Positions 17,670 to 26,951 of a stretch of 64,000 bases of DNA are shown piece by piece (position 1 is the stretch's first letter; each line of letters begins with the position of its first letter). The position numbers were made by a program, and so were the translations under genes. Under the pieces are notes generated by a model that was given only the letters and a program-made list of their open reading frames with translations, did no database searches and was not told the DNA's origin. The stretch comes from a virus. Taxonomy: Duplodnaviria > Caudoviricetes. The stretch covers positions 32,001 through 96,000 of the IMG/VR virus record IMGVR_UViG_3300013121_000019; one strand, 5' to 3'.

Positions 17670-18100
17670 GGGATGGATGGCCCCATCTTCTGCAGAAGGC
17701 TCGGACTGACCGAGCCAACGGGTTCCGGCGCGGCCGCAACGCGCTTGGCGCGCTTCAGCCGACTATCGATGGTCTTCTCATGCTTCTTGGTGATCACCAA
17801 CGGGCCGATCTCTGCCTCGCGGCGCATGACCTCCACGATCGCGCTGACCTCACGGCTCTTGACTGTCTTGAGGTACGGGAATGCGATCTCCATGTACTCT
17901 TGGAAGGCTTTCATACCTTCGGTCTTGTCCACCAGAATCTGAGCAAGGGCCCTTAGCTGTGCGTGCTGAATGTTGTCTTGCATCATCACGAACAGAAGCA
18001 GCGCAGACTCCCGAACCGACCCTCTCTTGGGCGGCCCCTGCAGGGTGTGAAAGAGCAGCTTGGCTCTAGCCCACCCTTCGGGAGTCTTCAGCCATTTCCC
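17657..18100 (-). CDS. frameshift-extension (GT-like) segment of a putative tail assembly chaperone
   Basis: Lies in the -1 frame of 18088..19284, entered at slippery GGGAAAT; no convincing own RBS or start. Confidence 0.6.
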   Translation of the reverse strand, partial: GKWLKTPEGWARAKLLFHTLQGPPKRGSVRESALLLFVMMQDNIQHAQLRALAQILVDKTEGMKAFQEYMEIAFPYLKTVKSREVSAIVEVMRREAEIGPLVITKKHEKTIDSRLKRAKRVAAAPEPVGSVSPSLLQKMGPSIPWKR

Positions 18101-19284
18101 ACCTTCTCCGTCACCACGAGCTTGCGGCATCGGATGTCGAACCAGAAGAAGTGGACGCCGAGGCTGGCCATCATGAAGATCGGCTTACGCGCCAGCGCGT
18201 TGAACTTCTGCCAGAAGCGGTCGTCGTCGAACACCGGAATGCCGTTGGCGCCAACGATCGTGTGCTCCGGTAGCCGCATGTTGTTGATCGCCACGGTTCC
18301 GGCGACAACCGTCATGACGGCGTACTTGTCCAGCAGGTAGTGCTCTTGGATCTTGAGCTTCTGCGCTTCGAGCATCAGAAGACGCTTCAGCGCGAGCTCC
18401 TCCTCGGCGGAGATCGTACGGAACGTGGGCTCGAACTTTCCCGGGATGATCGGGACACGCTGCTCGAGGTAGTCGTTGATGATCGCGTCCTCGATGTTGA
18501 GCTTCTCGCACCGAGACTCGATGATCTGACGCTGTTCCTCGTTGTTGATGAGGTCGCGCTGCATCATCTGCCGGAAGACATCGAAGTCGAAGTCGTCCAG
18601 GTTCTTCTTGGCCAGCGCCTCTACGTCCTCCGCGGTCGCCGGAGACGTACGGGTGTCGCCCGGGGCATTCCCCAGACGAGCGGCCGCACCGGAGGCCGAC
18701 TTCGTGGCGTCCTCTTCGACTTGCTTGTCGGACGCGTGCTCGGTGTGCTGCGCCTGCTGCTGGTTGAACTCGGCCAGCGCCTTGACGGCCTCGATGGTCT
18801 CCGGCTTGAACCTCGCCTTGTTGTCGTTGTCGGCCAGCGCGGTCGGCGGGATGAACTGCCCGTTGCGCACGACGCCGTACTTCTTGGCCAGATGCGGCTG
18901 GCTCAGCGCCTGCATCGACCCCATGCCCTGCTGGAACTGTGGATCGGCCATCGCCGTGTTGGGCAGCATGTCCATCGGCAGGATGCGCTCCTTGCCCATC
19001 GGGGGAGCCATCGGCGGAGGCGGAGCGCCCATCGTGAGCTCACCCGCCTCGGCAAGCGCCTGCTGGGCCGCATTCTGCGCCATCGTCATGCCCTCGCTGA
19101 AGTTGCGAGCGTCCAGCCGGGGCATCGGGGTGCGCTGCTCCTTCTGCGCCGCCTGCCGCCGAGCAGCGAGCTGCGCCTGGTACTGGGCGGCTGCCGAGTT
19201 GGCCAGCCGCGGGTCAACGTACGGCACGGCACTGCGCGGTGTCGTGTCCGGTAGCTGCATTTCGACCTTCTTCTTCTCCACCAT
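18088..19284 (-). CDS. putative tail assembly chaperone (G-like) with long low-complexity N-terminus
   Basis: GGAGG RBS; ends ...GTG GGA AAT GGC TGA with an in-frame slippery heptamer one codon before the stop; the function is inferred from this architecture. Confidence 0.55.
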   Translation of the reverse strand: MVEKKKVEMQLPDTTPRSAVPYVDPRLANSAAAQYQAQLAARRQAAQKEQRTPMPRLDARNFSEGMTMAQNAAQQALAEAGELTMGAPPPPMAPPMGKERILPMDMLPNTAMADPQFQQGMGSMQALSQPHLAKKYGVVRNGQFIPPTALADNDNKARFKPETIEAVKALAEFNQQQAQHTEHASDKQVEEDATKSASGAAARLGNAPGDTRTSPATAEDVEALAKKNLDDFDFDVFRQMMQRDLINNEEQRQIIESRCEKLNIEDAIINDYLEQRVPIIPGKFEPTFRTISAEEELALKRLLMLEAQKLKIQEHYLLDKYAVMTVVAGTVAINNMRLPEHTIVGANGIPVFDDDRFWQKFNALARKPIFMMASLGVHFFWFDIRCRKLVVTEKVGNG

Positions 19285-19359
19285 GACCTCCAACGGAGGA
19301 CGTACGTTGTACGTCCACCTAGTAGCTACGAAAAACGGATGCGCGTCAAGAGGTGACTG

Positions 19360-19737
19360 TCACGTTGGCAACTTTTCGAGAAACTCCCCTAGAAGTTGCT
19401 GATGCGGGGTGCCCTTGTCGAACTCATCGACGCGCACGAACCAGAAGTCCTTGAGCGACGCCGGCACGATGCCGGGCTTCGAGAGCTCCCCACGCAGGTA
19501 GTGGAACGGGCCAGTGCTGACGACCTGCCCCCCGATCCAGATCGAGCCGCTGAACAGCGCATCGATCGGTTGGCCGCTGAAGATGACCGTCATCGCCAGC
19601 TTGGTCAGATGCGCGAGGTGACTGCTGAACAGCGCACCCCGCGCGTGGTCGGTCACGATCGCGAGCTTGATGGAGTACTCCGACATCTTCAGGAGCGCCC
19701 TGCCATCAAGCCCTCGCAGCTCGCATAGTTCGCTCAT
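19360..19737 (-). CDS. hypothetical protein
   Basis: ATG 19737 overlapping the upstream stop. Confidence 0.5.
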   Translation of the reverse strand: MSELCELRGLDGRALLKMSEYSIKLAIVTDHARGALFSSHLAHLTKLAMTVIFSGQPIDALFSGSIWIGGQVVSTGPFHYLRGELSKPGIVPASLKDFWFVRVDEFDKGTPHQQLLGEFLEKLPT

Positions 19738-20006
19738 ACGGTCGGCAACCTCGAGAAGCCAGGGGTTTCCTCGACGACCGCACCGGAGTCCGGCACGGAC
19801 GTCACCTCGAGGACGTTTGAACGAGAGCAGCGACGACACCGGCCGTACCAGTAGTCGTCGCCGCCCACCTGAATCACATCGCCGATCTTCAGGCCACTCG
19901 TTACGCACTCGTGCAGTGTGCGGGTTGCCCCGCACACCTTGCACTTCAGCGCGTAGTCACCGTACAGGAGCTCGTTTACGTTGTTTGGGTCGAGTAGATC
20001 CGGCAT
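19734..20006 (-). CDS. small zinc-binding protein
   Basis: AAGGAG RBS; CKVC...CRRC. Confidence 0.6.
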   Translation of the reverse strand: MPDLLDPNNVNELLYGDYALKCKVCGATRTLHECVTSGLKIGDVIQVGGDDYWYGRCRRCSRSNVLEVTSVPDSGAVVEETPGFSRLPTV

Positions 20007-20436
20007 GCTTCATCTCCTTCGCCTTCCGGAGAACGCGGCTAGCGTACTCCTTCGAGCGTGGATTGTAGATGCCGATCGGCCCCTTGGGGCACTTCCCACG
20101 ATTGACGTAACAGTAGCGCCTGCCGGCCAGCATGATGCCCACGCCGCGGCGGATGTTGACCGCCGGGTCCTGCAGCTCGGCCATCAGCGCCTCGGAGCAG
20201 TCCTTGATGTTGACCTGCATCAGCCCGACCGAGCAGGTACCGTCGCGCTCGTGCCGAACGACCGAGCGGTGAAAGCGGCTTTCCGTCTGGATGATCCCCA
20301 GCACCATCCACGGGTCGATCTCGTTGTCGCGCGTGGCCTGGTGGACGAGGTCCGCGTACTGGCGCGACTGCCGCTCCGGGAGTCCGGCGACCAGATGGAT
20401 CGCCAGCGCGAGAGACTCAACTAACGGCATAAGCAC
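19957..20436 (-). CDS. lytic transglycosylase (SLT domain)
   Basis: IDPWMVLGIIQTESRF (catalytic Glu), GLMQVN, DPAVNI, YN motifs. Confidence 0.85.
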   Translation of the reverse strand: MLMPLVESLALAIHLVAGLPERQSRQYADLVHQATRDNEIDPWMVLGIIQTESRFHRSVVRHERDGTCSVGLMQVNIKDCSEALMAELQDPAVNIRRGVGIMLAGRRYCYVNRGKCPKGPIGIYNPRSKEYASRVLRKAKEMKHAGSTRPKQRKRAPVR

Positions 20437-21278
20437 CTTTCTGCTGTGAAGTGGTTATTTTGCGTCCTTGATAGCCTGCTGGCAGGCCAGACACAGGATG
20501 AGCCCGGTCCAGCCACCAACGCGCAGACGCACGATCCTTGTCGGAAGATGGCCACAGCCGCGGCATTGCTGCCCCGCCGCTGCCTCGAACGTGGCAACTC
20601 GATACGGGTCGGCCACCGCAGCGCACTCTTCCGCAGAATCCGATGCGTTGAGGCGCGGCTCAGCAGGGCACATCTTTGATTTCCCCAACGATTGGCACTG
20701 GCTGTCCCGTCACCTTGATGCACCCCGGGCACACCCAACCGTGGTCTTTCAGTTTCTTCCATCCGCCCTCTCGCCACTTGCGGATCGCCAGGCTCTTGGA
20801 GCACTCTTTCGATCCCAGTCCATACAGCGGCCACACCAGACGACGAACTCTGTCGAGATGGAACCAACACCGTCAGTCATGACCCTTCACTCCGTTGTGG
20901 CGACGTCTGTTCTTCCAGTTACCAAGCGCATCCAGCATCTTGCTGGTGTCTCCAGCCATCTCGGCCTCGAGCACCGCGGTTGGCAAGATGAAGCACTCGT
21001 GGGCCACCGGCTTACCATCACGTAGCCGATGACCCTGGTTACAGAAGCTCGTCTGGTAGATCTTGTCCTTAGCCATTGTTCTCCGTGACTTTGTGCCGAT
21101 CGCTCAACCACGTCAGCGCCCCAGACAGGTCGTCGGGCATGCCCTGGGCGCGCAACCCGTCGACCAGTGCTGCGACTGCATCCCTCGTGACGTCACCGTA
21201 CGGCTCGTATAGCCGCCTGTGCTCGGGCGGATAGGCCACTGAAACAGACCGAAGACTACCCAACGTGCGGGCGGCCAT

Positions 21279-21545
21279 CTACTTGAACCCCAGCTGCAGC
21301 TCGACCGCGACACAGCCCTCGTCGGCTTCATCGAACTCAACCGCCTGGGACTTCAGGTAGGCGTCGTGGAACACGATGTCGCCATCCTGTAGCTCGCTGT
21401 CGTCGTGGACCCAACAGAGCAGGTGGGCCTTACCGTGGATGGCCGTGATGATGTAGGGGCCGTCTTCGTCATTGAAGAGACCGGGCGGATGGTCCGCGGG
21501 CTCGATGGGTCGCAGCACCATCGTGGTGGAGATCTTGTCGCTCAT
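21279..21545 (-). CDS. hypothetical protein
   Basis: GGAGGTG RBS, ATG 21545. Confidence 0.55.
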   Translation of the reverse strand: MSDKISTTMVLRPIEPADHPPGLFNDEDGPYIITAIHGKAHLLCWVHDDSELQDGDIVFHDAYLKSQAVEFDEADEGCVAVELQLGFK

Positions 21546-21895
21546 GTCACCTCCGATACGTTGCAGAACTGCGCCACCAACCCGTGGGTGGCGCAGAACA
21601 TCGCCTTGGAGCCGCCGACCTGGCGGACCTGTAGCGTTGCCCGGCACTGCGGACATGTTTCGTCGTTGAGGGCAGCCACCGCGGCCAACATCTCCGCACG
21701 GTCCTTCGCCACATCCTCTTCTGTGGCCGCCTGGTACTTCGAACACCGGCAATCCGGGGTCTTGTTCGTCTCCGCCAGGAAGCCGGTCAGACACGGCAAG
21801 TTGTACCGTGGAGTGGCGAGATCGTGGTAGTCGACGCCGGCCTCGCACAGCTTGTTCTGGATGCCGTTGAAGTGGATGCAGTCACCGAGCTTCAT
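21542..21895 (-). CDS. Cys-rich hypothetical protein
   Basis: CIHFNG...CEAG; CPQC...CATHG. Confidence 0.6.
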   Translation of the reverse strand: MKLGDCIHFNGIQNKLCEAGVDYHDLATPRYNLPCLTGFLAETNKTPDCRCSKYQAATEEDVAKDRAEMLAAVAALNDETCPQCRATLQVRQVGGSKAMFCATHGLVAQFCNVSEVT

Positions 21896-22379
21896 GTTCC
21901 TCCGTGGTGTCGTTCAGAAAGTCGTAGGCGTCCTGCACTGTTGCCTCTGCGAGGTGCAGACGCGTCCGCGCGTACTTGAAGAACCGCCATCGTTCTCTCC
22001 CGTTCACGTGAGTGAAACCGACGGCGGCCAACTGTTCACGATACTTCTCGACGCAGCGCCACAGAAGATGGCGAAGCGCCGACTTACTTAGCTCCCGCGG
22101 CTTCCGCATCACCTCTCCGTCGGGGTCTCTACGTAGTGGCGATCGCGGGGGTCCGCCGGCAGCTTCAAGTAGATCTCTACGTTTAACATCGTGTACGGCG
22201 CAGACGACACAGGGAGCATCTGGCGCACCGGGTACACCACGTCGATCACCCTGTACACGGTCGGCGCGTGCTCCTGCCCCCAATGCTGAAAGCGGATGTG
22301 CTCGCCTACGCGTGGGACATGCTCGACCTCGAGAAAGACTCGATCTCTGTTCGGTAGCTGAAACATGGCTCTAAGCATG

Positions 22380-22805
22380 CTACGCATCCTTCTTGTCTGA
22401 TGAGATGAGCTTCTTCATTCGACGCACCAGCTCCGGAGCGTAGAACCCCATGACGGCTTCGTTGTAACTGCGCCACGGAAATGACTTTTGGTAGTGGCAG
22501 TTGCCGATTGCGTGCTCTGCCGCGTGAACAAACGCCTCGTCGGTCAGGTGCGGCAGGATGTGCTCCCACTCGTAGGAGTTGCACTTGAGCGCCTGGTACT
22601 CCTCGAACGTGACGTTGCCACGCTTGGCGAGATCCTGGATCTCCTGACGGACATGCTCGAGTCGGTTGTTGGGCAGAAGAATCTTGAACGGCATAGACCT
22701 GCTGTGCTCCTTGGCAATCTCGTGAAGCAGCTTCACGAGGTTTGGATTGATCGGCTTGTGCGGACCAGGCTTCAAAAGCCCGATGTAGTCGATGTAGCGA
22801 AACAC
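22380..22805 (-). CDS. hypothetical protein
   Basis: 141 aa, first gene after the minus-strand promoter motif at 22838-22846. Confidence 0.6.
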   Translation of the reverse strand: MFRYIDYIGLLKPGPHKPINPNLVKLLHEIAKEHSRSMPFKILLPNNRLEHVRQEIQDLAKRGNVTFEEYQALKCNSYEWEHILPHLTDEAFVHAAEHAIGNCHYQKSFPWRSYNEAVMGFYAPELVRRMKKLISSDKKDA

Positions 22806-22837
22806 GGCTTTCTCCGATGGTGGCTGCCTACATTGGT

Positions 22838-22893
22838 GTTATGCCGCAGAAGGCCCGCGTTGTGCGTAAAGAACAAGCAACAGCCGGCATAAC
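22838..22893. promoter_or_regulatory. divergent pair of putative promoters (CGGCATAAC on both strands)
   Basis: GTTATGCCG at 22838-22846 and CGGCATAAC at 22885-22893, between divergent genes. Confidence 0.65.
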
Positions 22894-22931
22894 AACTATG
22901 AAGACTGAGATTCGTCTTCAGGAGGCCGACC

Positions 22932-23636
22932 ATGCACGAGATCAGCAGGTTGATCTACAACGAGGTTCGAAAGAAGGCCAAGACTCTGCCGGAGGCCGCG
23001 AAGCTGCTAGGCGTTGGCGAGGCGGCCACGCGTCTGCTTCTGAGCGGTGAGCACGGTCTGAAGAGGACGACCTGGAACAGGATCGAGCCTCATCTTCCGG
23101 GGTTCAGCGCACTGATCCATTTCCCCACCAAAGCGCCGCATGGACCACGGTCCGCAGAGCTCACCGACGAGGGCATCAAACGGTACAACGAGCTGCAGCT
23201 CCACGGGTCGTTGCCGTTGTACTGGGAGGAGCCGCTGCAGGTGAGTCCGATGGGCGTACCATCTCAACAACGCTATCTGGAGCGTATGCGACGCCTCGCA
23301 CAGGAGAGCGGCCCTGCACACCGAAGGACCACCGAGAAGAAGGCGGCAACCAACAAGAAGGCGAAGACGCCGATGAAGAGCAAAGCCGCGAAGAAGCCCA
23401 AGCAGGCCAAGGCGCCCACCGTGGTGGCCAACCCCATCGAGGCCAACATCGGCGCCGGTAAGGAGAAGATCCGAAGTGCGCCGGGCGGAAAGGTGTCGAA
23501 GGGCATCGGCTACTGTGGCGCGCTTCTGGCGCGGCTGGTCAGGATCCCCGGAATGCGGGAGGACATCACCATGCTGGATGAGACGCTCCGCAACGATGGC
23601 AGCTCGATTGCGGAGGCCCTGAAGATGATTCCGTGA
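22932..23636 (+). CDS. HTH-domain regulator with Lys/Ala-rich segment
   Basis: AGGAGG RBS; TLPEAAKLLGVGEAATRLLLSG HTH-like; KKAATNKKAKTPMKSKAAKK. Confidence 0.65.
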   Translation: MHEISRLIYNEVRKKAKTLPEAAKLLGVGEAATRLLLSGEHGLKRTTWNRIEPHLPGFSALIHFPTKAPHGPRSAELTDEGIKRYNELQLHGSLPLYWEEPLQVSPMGVPSQQRYLERMRRLAQESGPAHRRTTEKKAATNKKAKTPMKSKAAKKPKQAKAPTVVANPIEANIGAGKEKIRSAPGGKVSKGIGYCGALLARLVRIPGMREDITMLDETLRNDGSSIAEALKMIP

Positions 23637-23692
23637 GCTAGTGAAAAGCGAGCCGAGCCCAGACGGGCACCCGGACCGCTTTTCACTAGCTC
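23635..23692. terminator. bidirectional terminator between convergent genes
   Basis: Perfect 16-bp inverted repeat GAGCTAGTGAAAAGCG / CGCTTTTCACTAGCTC. Confidence 0.75.
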
Positions 23693-24208
23693 CTAGAGGC
23701 CGACGTTCGTCAGCTGGACCGTCAGGACGGTCTGCACCACGACGCCGCACCCGAAGGCGACGAAGGTCTCGACGGCGTGGTCGATGGTGTGGACCAGGAA
23801 CTTGGTGCCGTTGACCGTCATGGTCTCCCCGATCGACGGGGAGAAGACGATATCGTCGTTGCCATGGAACAGAACGTGGCGAGTACCGTTGGGCATCACG
23901 ATGATGATCTGCATGTTGAGACTCCTAGCTGTTGTCGCTGTAGACCTGTAGAGATGCGTACACGGAGGTGGCGAACGAACATCCCCAGATGAACGCCCAC
24001 ATTGCTGCTTCGATGCTGCCCCAGCTGGAGGCGAGACGCTCCATGGACACAGCGATGAACGGTTGAAACGCCATTGCCAGAACGATCGTGCGTAACGCTC
24101 GAAAGCGCGTCAGCTTTGGCTTCACCTCGACGTTGAGGCTCACCGCACTACTGTCTTCGATCCTGCTGACCGTGGCGGTCGGCTCACTCGGCTGCTGTAG
24201 CGGGCGCA

Positions 24209-24694
24209 TCAGTATCCCTCGTTCAGCCAATCGGGTTGGTAACCAGGCTCGGTCCAGCGCGCCAGGTGCGGCTTCATCTTGATCTTGTACCGGTAGTAGC
24301 GGCGATACGCCTCGACCGCGTCGGGTCCTCTGAGCTCTTCCGGCATACTCTGCACGAACGGGGTACGGGCGCGAGACGGGAAGTTCACTGTTCTGTGGCC
24401 CGCATCAACCAGCACGAGCCGTGATGCGTGCACACGCCCGTAACGGCGCTCGTACTCGTTGCACAGCTCACGGGCATGGGTGAACAACCAATCGAAGTTG
24501 CTGGCGGCGCTGCCGGCCCAGCGGACCACCGGATGGTTGCGGTGCGTCGGGCGGTACTGCAGGTCCTTCACACCCAGGTCGTGCAACACCGTGCAGATGA
24601 TCTGAGTGCTCTCGAGCGGCATCTTGACGATGTGCTTGTCGAAAAGGGCTCTGGCGGCTTGTTCGGGATCTGAATCGACGATGAAGATGTTCAT
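24209..24694 (-). CDS. pyrimidine-dimer DNA glycosylase / endonuclease V-like protein
   Basis: MNIF..D.DP...A..L.DKHIVKMPLES.Q...YRPTH.NHP...W...EY..RYG..H...AYR.YY signature. Confidence 0.85.
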   Translation of the reverse strand: MNIFIVDSDPEQAARALFDKHIVKMPLESTQIICTVLHDLGVKDLQYRPTHRNHPVVRWAGSAASNFDWLFTHARELCNEYERRYGRVHASRLVLVDAGHRTVNFPSRARTPFVQSMPEELRGPDAVEAYRRYYRYKIKMKPHLARWTEPGYQPDWLNEGY

Positions 24695-24830
24695 TGGCGT
24701 TTACTCCAGCGCACTTCAACAAACTGCGCCACCAGCACGACGCATACCAGCAACACCGCGATGCACGCCGTCACCACGCACGGGAATGCCAGGATGGTGA
24801 ACAGTACCGGATGTAGCTCGATGAACTGAC

Positions 24831-25202
24831 TCATTTTTCCTCTAGAATAGCGAACACATCGAGAAGCGGGCGCAGCACCTTGTTGGACTTGGTGGTAGAG
24901 AAGTTCCGCTGCTTGAGCTCCTTCTTGAGGAGCTTATGAAGAGCCACCACGGCCTTCGCCACTCCTAGAAGCCGCTCCATGTCAGTTCGAGAGTGGGCGA
25001 TGAAGGTGGCGTTGCGTGCAGCTGCAGTTCTGCTGATGATCTGGCTAGGGCCCACAACGGAGGCGAGGGAACCCTCACAGCAGTCCGCAACCGCCGCGAT
25101 AGCCCGCACCTCCTGACCACGCGATGTCCACGGACCCTTGGTGGCACCGGTAAGCCGCCGATCCATGGCCGCGATGTTGTCGTCGATCTTTTTGAGGTTC
25201 AT
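24831..25202 (-). CDS. Ead/Ea22-like phage protein
   Basis: ATKGPW...NATFIAHSR motif. Confidence 0.55.
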   Translation of the reverse strand: MNLKKIDDNIAAMDRRLTGATKGPWTSRGQEVRAIAAVADCCEGSLASVVGPSQIISRTAAARNATFIAHSRTDMERLLGVAKAVVALHKLLKKELKQRNFSTTKSNKVLRPLLDVFAILEEK

Positions 25203-25483
25203 CGGCTATCTCGTTGCTCCTGTAGCTGAAGGATGGTTCTGAGAACTTCCTGGACCGACGGTTCCGGTTGAGTGCCATCCGGATCGGGTGGTGGCGGCTG
25301 TAGACGACCGTTGACGATGTCGTCGCGTAGTTGTTCGGCTCCAAGCCGCACGATCCAGTTGGCCTGCTGCTGCAGCCCCTCGAGGAACCGGTTGGCGAAG
25401 AGCCCGCAGGTGCTGCACAGCATCATCCCCTGGTGGAAGACCGGCTCTGCTGTTGGTTCACGACAGTTCAAACAAGTGGACAT
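25199..25483 (-). CDS. small zinc-binding protein
   Basis: CLNC...LCSTC. Confidence 0.55.
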   Translation of the reverse strand: MSTCLNCREPTAEPVFHQGMMLCSTCGLFANRFLEGLQQQANWIVRLGAEQLRDDIVNGRLQPPPPDPDGTQPEPSVQEVLRTILQLQEQRDSR

Positions 25484-25572
25484 CGCTGCCTCATGGTTCT
25501 TTTGCCCGATTTGACGAGCGGATTGCAGTAGCTAAGAGGACGGCCCCGCAGGGGGCCGCCACTCTCAAAGCC

Positions 25573-25806
25573 TCACTGTGGCTTCGTCCATCGGAGCTCG
25601 CCGTCTACCTGAACCAACGCGATGGTCCTGACCTTCAGGATCAGCACGGCCTGGCTCACGTTGGTCAGCACGAGGTTCTCGTACTGCAGTCGGTCTACCT
25701 CCAACTGAACCAACATCGAGCGGACAGCCTGCTGCTGCATCGCCGGAAACCGGTAGACGTCGCCGAGGCTTGTGGTGACTTCGATTGTGGATAGCGGTTC
25801 AGGCAT
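25573..25806 (-). CDS. hypothetical protein
   Basis: MPEPLSTIEVTT...; followed by a hairpin terminator. Confidence 0.5.
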   Translation of the reverse strand: MPEPLSTIEVTTSLGDVYRFPAMQQQAVRSMLVQLEVDRLQYENLVLTNVSQAVLILKVRTIALVQVDGELRWTKPQ

Positions 25807-26221
25807 CGGTACCCACCACGGCATCTAGCACGTTGTACGGGATGGAGTAGCTCTCCAGGTAGAGCGGCATCCCCTGTGCTGTGCGGGGCTCGAACCGCGC
25901 AACGATGTAGAACTCATCCTGTCCCACGCACACCCGGCCATTGTCCGCCATACGCCCAGCCGGAAGCGCCCCACGATGGTAGACGTAGCCAGCGTCCAGG
26001 TTGACGTGCGACTCCCGCACCAACGCGAACGGAAGGGCCGTGTGTCGGCGAACACGGCATTCACTCGAAACAGCGCCGTCGTCGGACAACTGAGTCAGCG
26101 AGCGACGCACCGCGCGAAGCCGACGGATGTTGCCAACAGCCTCCGTGGTCAAGGCCAGGCTCAGGATGTACTTGCTCGAGTTGATGCACTCGAGGAACAG
26201 CACATGGTCCTTGCTGCCCAT
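25799..26221 (-). CDS. hypothetical protein
   Basis: Probable start MGSKDHVLF at 26221. Confidence 0.5.
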   Translation of the reverse strand: MGSKDHVLFLECINSSKYILSLALTTEAVGNIRRLRAVRRSLTQLSDDGAVSSECRVRRHTALPFALVRESHVNLDAGYVYHRGALPAGRMADNGRVCVGQDEFYIVARFEPRTAQGMPLYLESYSIPYNVLDAVVGTDA

Positions 26222-26321
26222 CACAGAACCACCGGCTTGGGCTGGGTCGTGGCGTCGATCGCAGGGCACAACGCGGGCCACGTCCACGAGATGCACGACA
26301 GAACGAACATACGGGTGCGCT

Positions 26322-26951
26322 TCACGATGTCTTCTCCTCGGCCGCCGGAGCCGGCGGGATGATGGTCGTCTGGGCAACTGGGGCCGGAACCTCCTGGGGT
26401 TTCGGCTCGGCGGGCTTCTGTTCCTTCATCTGGGCGAGCCTCTTCTTCTCTTGCTCACGCCGACGGATCTCCTCCTTCTGCTTATCCGTCAGGCTGGCCT
26501 CGAGACGCTCTTTGAGCCCCTGGGTCTCGAACGTCGAGGCTTCCTTGGCCACTTCCTGGTAGGCGCGGACGAACGCGCTCTTGACCGACGTTGCGATGAA
26601 CTCGTCGACGTTCGCGTCCGCCAGATGAGCGTGGCTCGCGCACAGCTCCTTCTTGGCGATCTTCTCGTCCGGAACCTCTCGTCGGTAGCTGGGCGGCATC
26701 ATCAGATGGTCGCGCAAGACACCGAACGCAGAGCGACTACGACGGAGAAGCGGATAGGGCTCGACAGCAGGCTCACCGCAGAAACACTTCGGCTGATCTT
26801 CCGGCAGAGCCAGCAGAGACGGCTGCTGAGCCGGCGAAACAGCCGCGGAGGGCTTCCGCATGAGGGCCGCGATGACCTTCGGGATCAGGATCACGATGAT
26901 CCCGAGGATCACGAACCCATACAGGATGTACTGGGGGTCTCGTTCGTTCAT
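26322..26951 (-). CDS. membrane-anchored protein with Zn-binding and coiled-coil regions
   Basis: ILYGFVILGIIVILIP TM segment; CFCG...CASH. Confidence 0.7.
   Translation of the reverse strand: MNERDPQYILYGFVILGIIVILIPKVIAALMRKPSAAVSPAQQPSLLALPEDQPKCFCGEPAVEPYPLLRRSRSAFGVLRDHLMMPPSYRREVPDEKIAKKELCASHAHLADANVDEFIATSVKSAFVRAYQEVAKEASTFETQGLKERLEASLTDKQKEEIRRREQEKKRLAQMKEQKPAEPKPQEVPAPVAQTTIIPPAPAAEEKTS

Noticed and set aside
20425-20433. Promoter motif CGGCATAAG on the plus strand
   Set aside because: It lies within the start of a minus-strand gene with no credible plus-strand gene downstream, so it may be coincidental.
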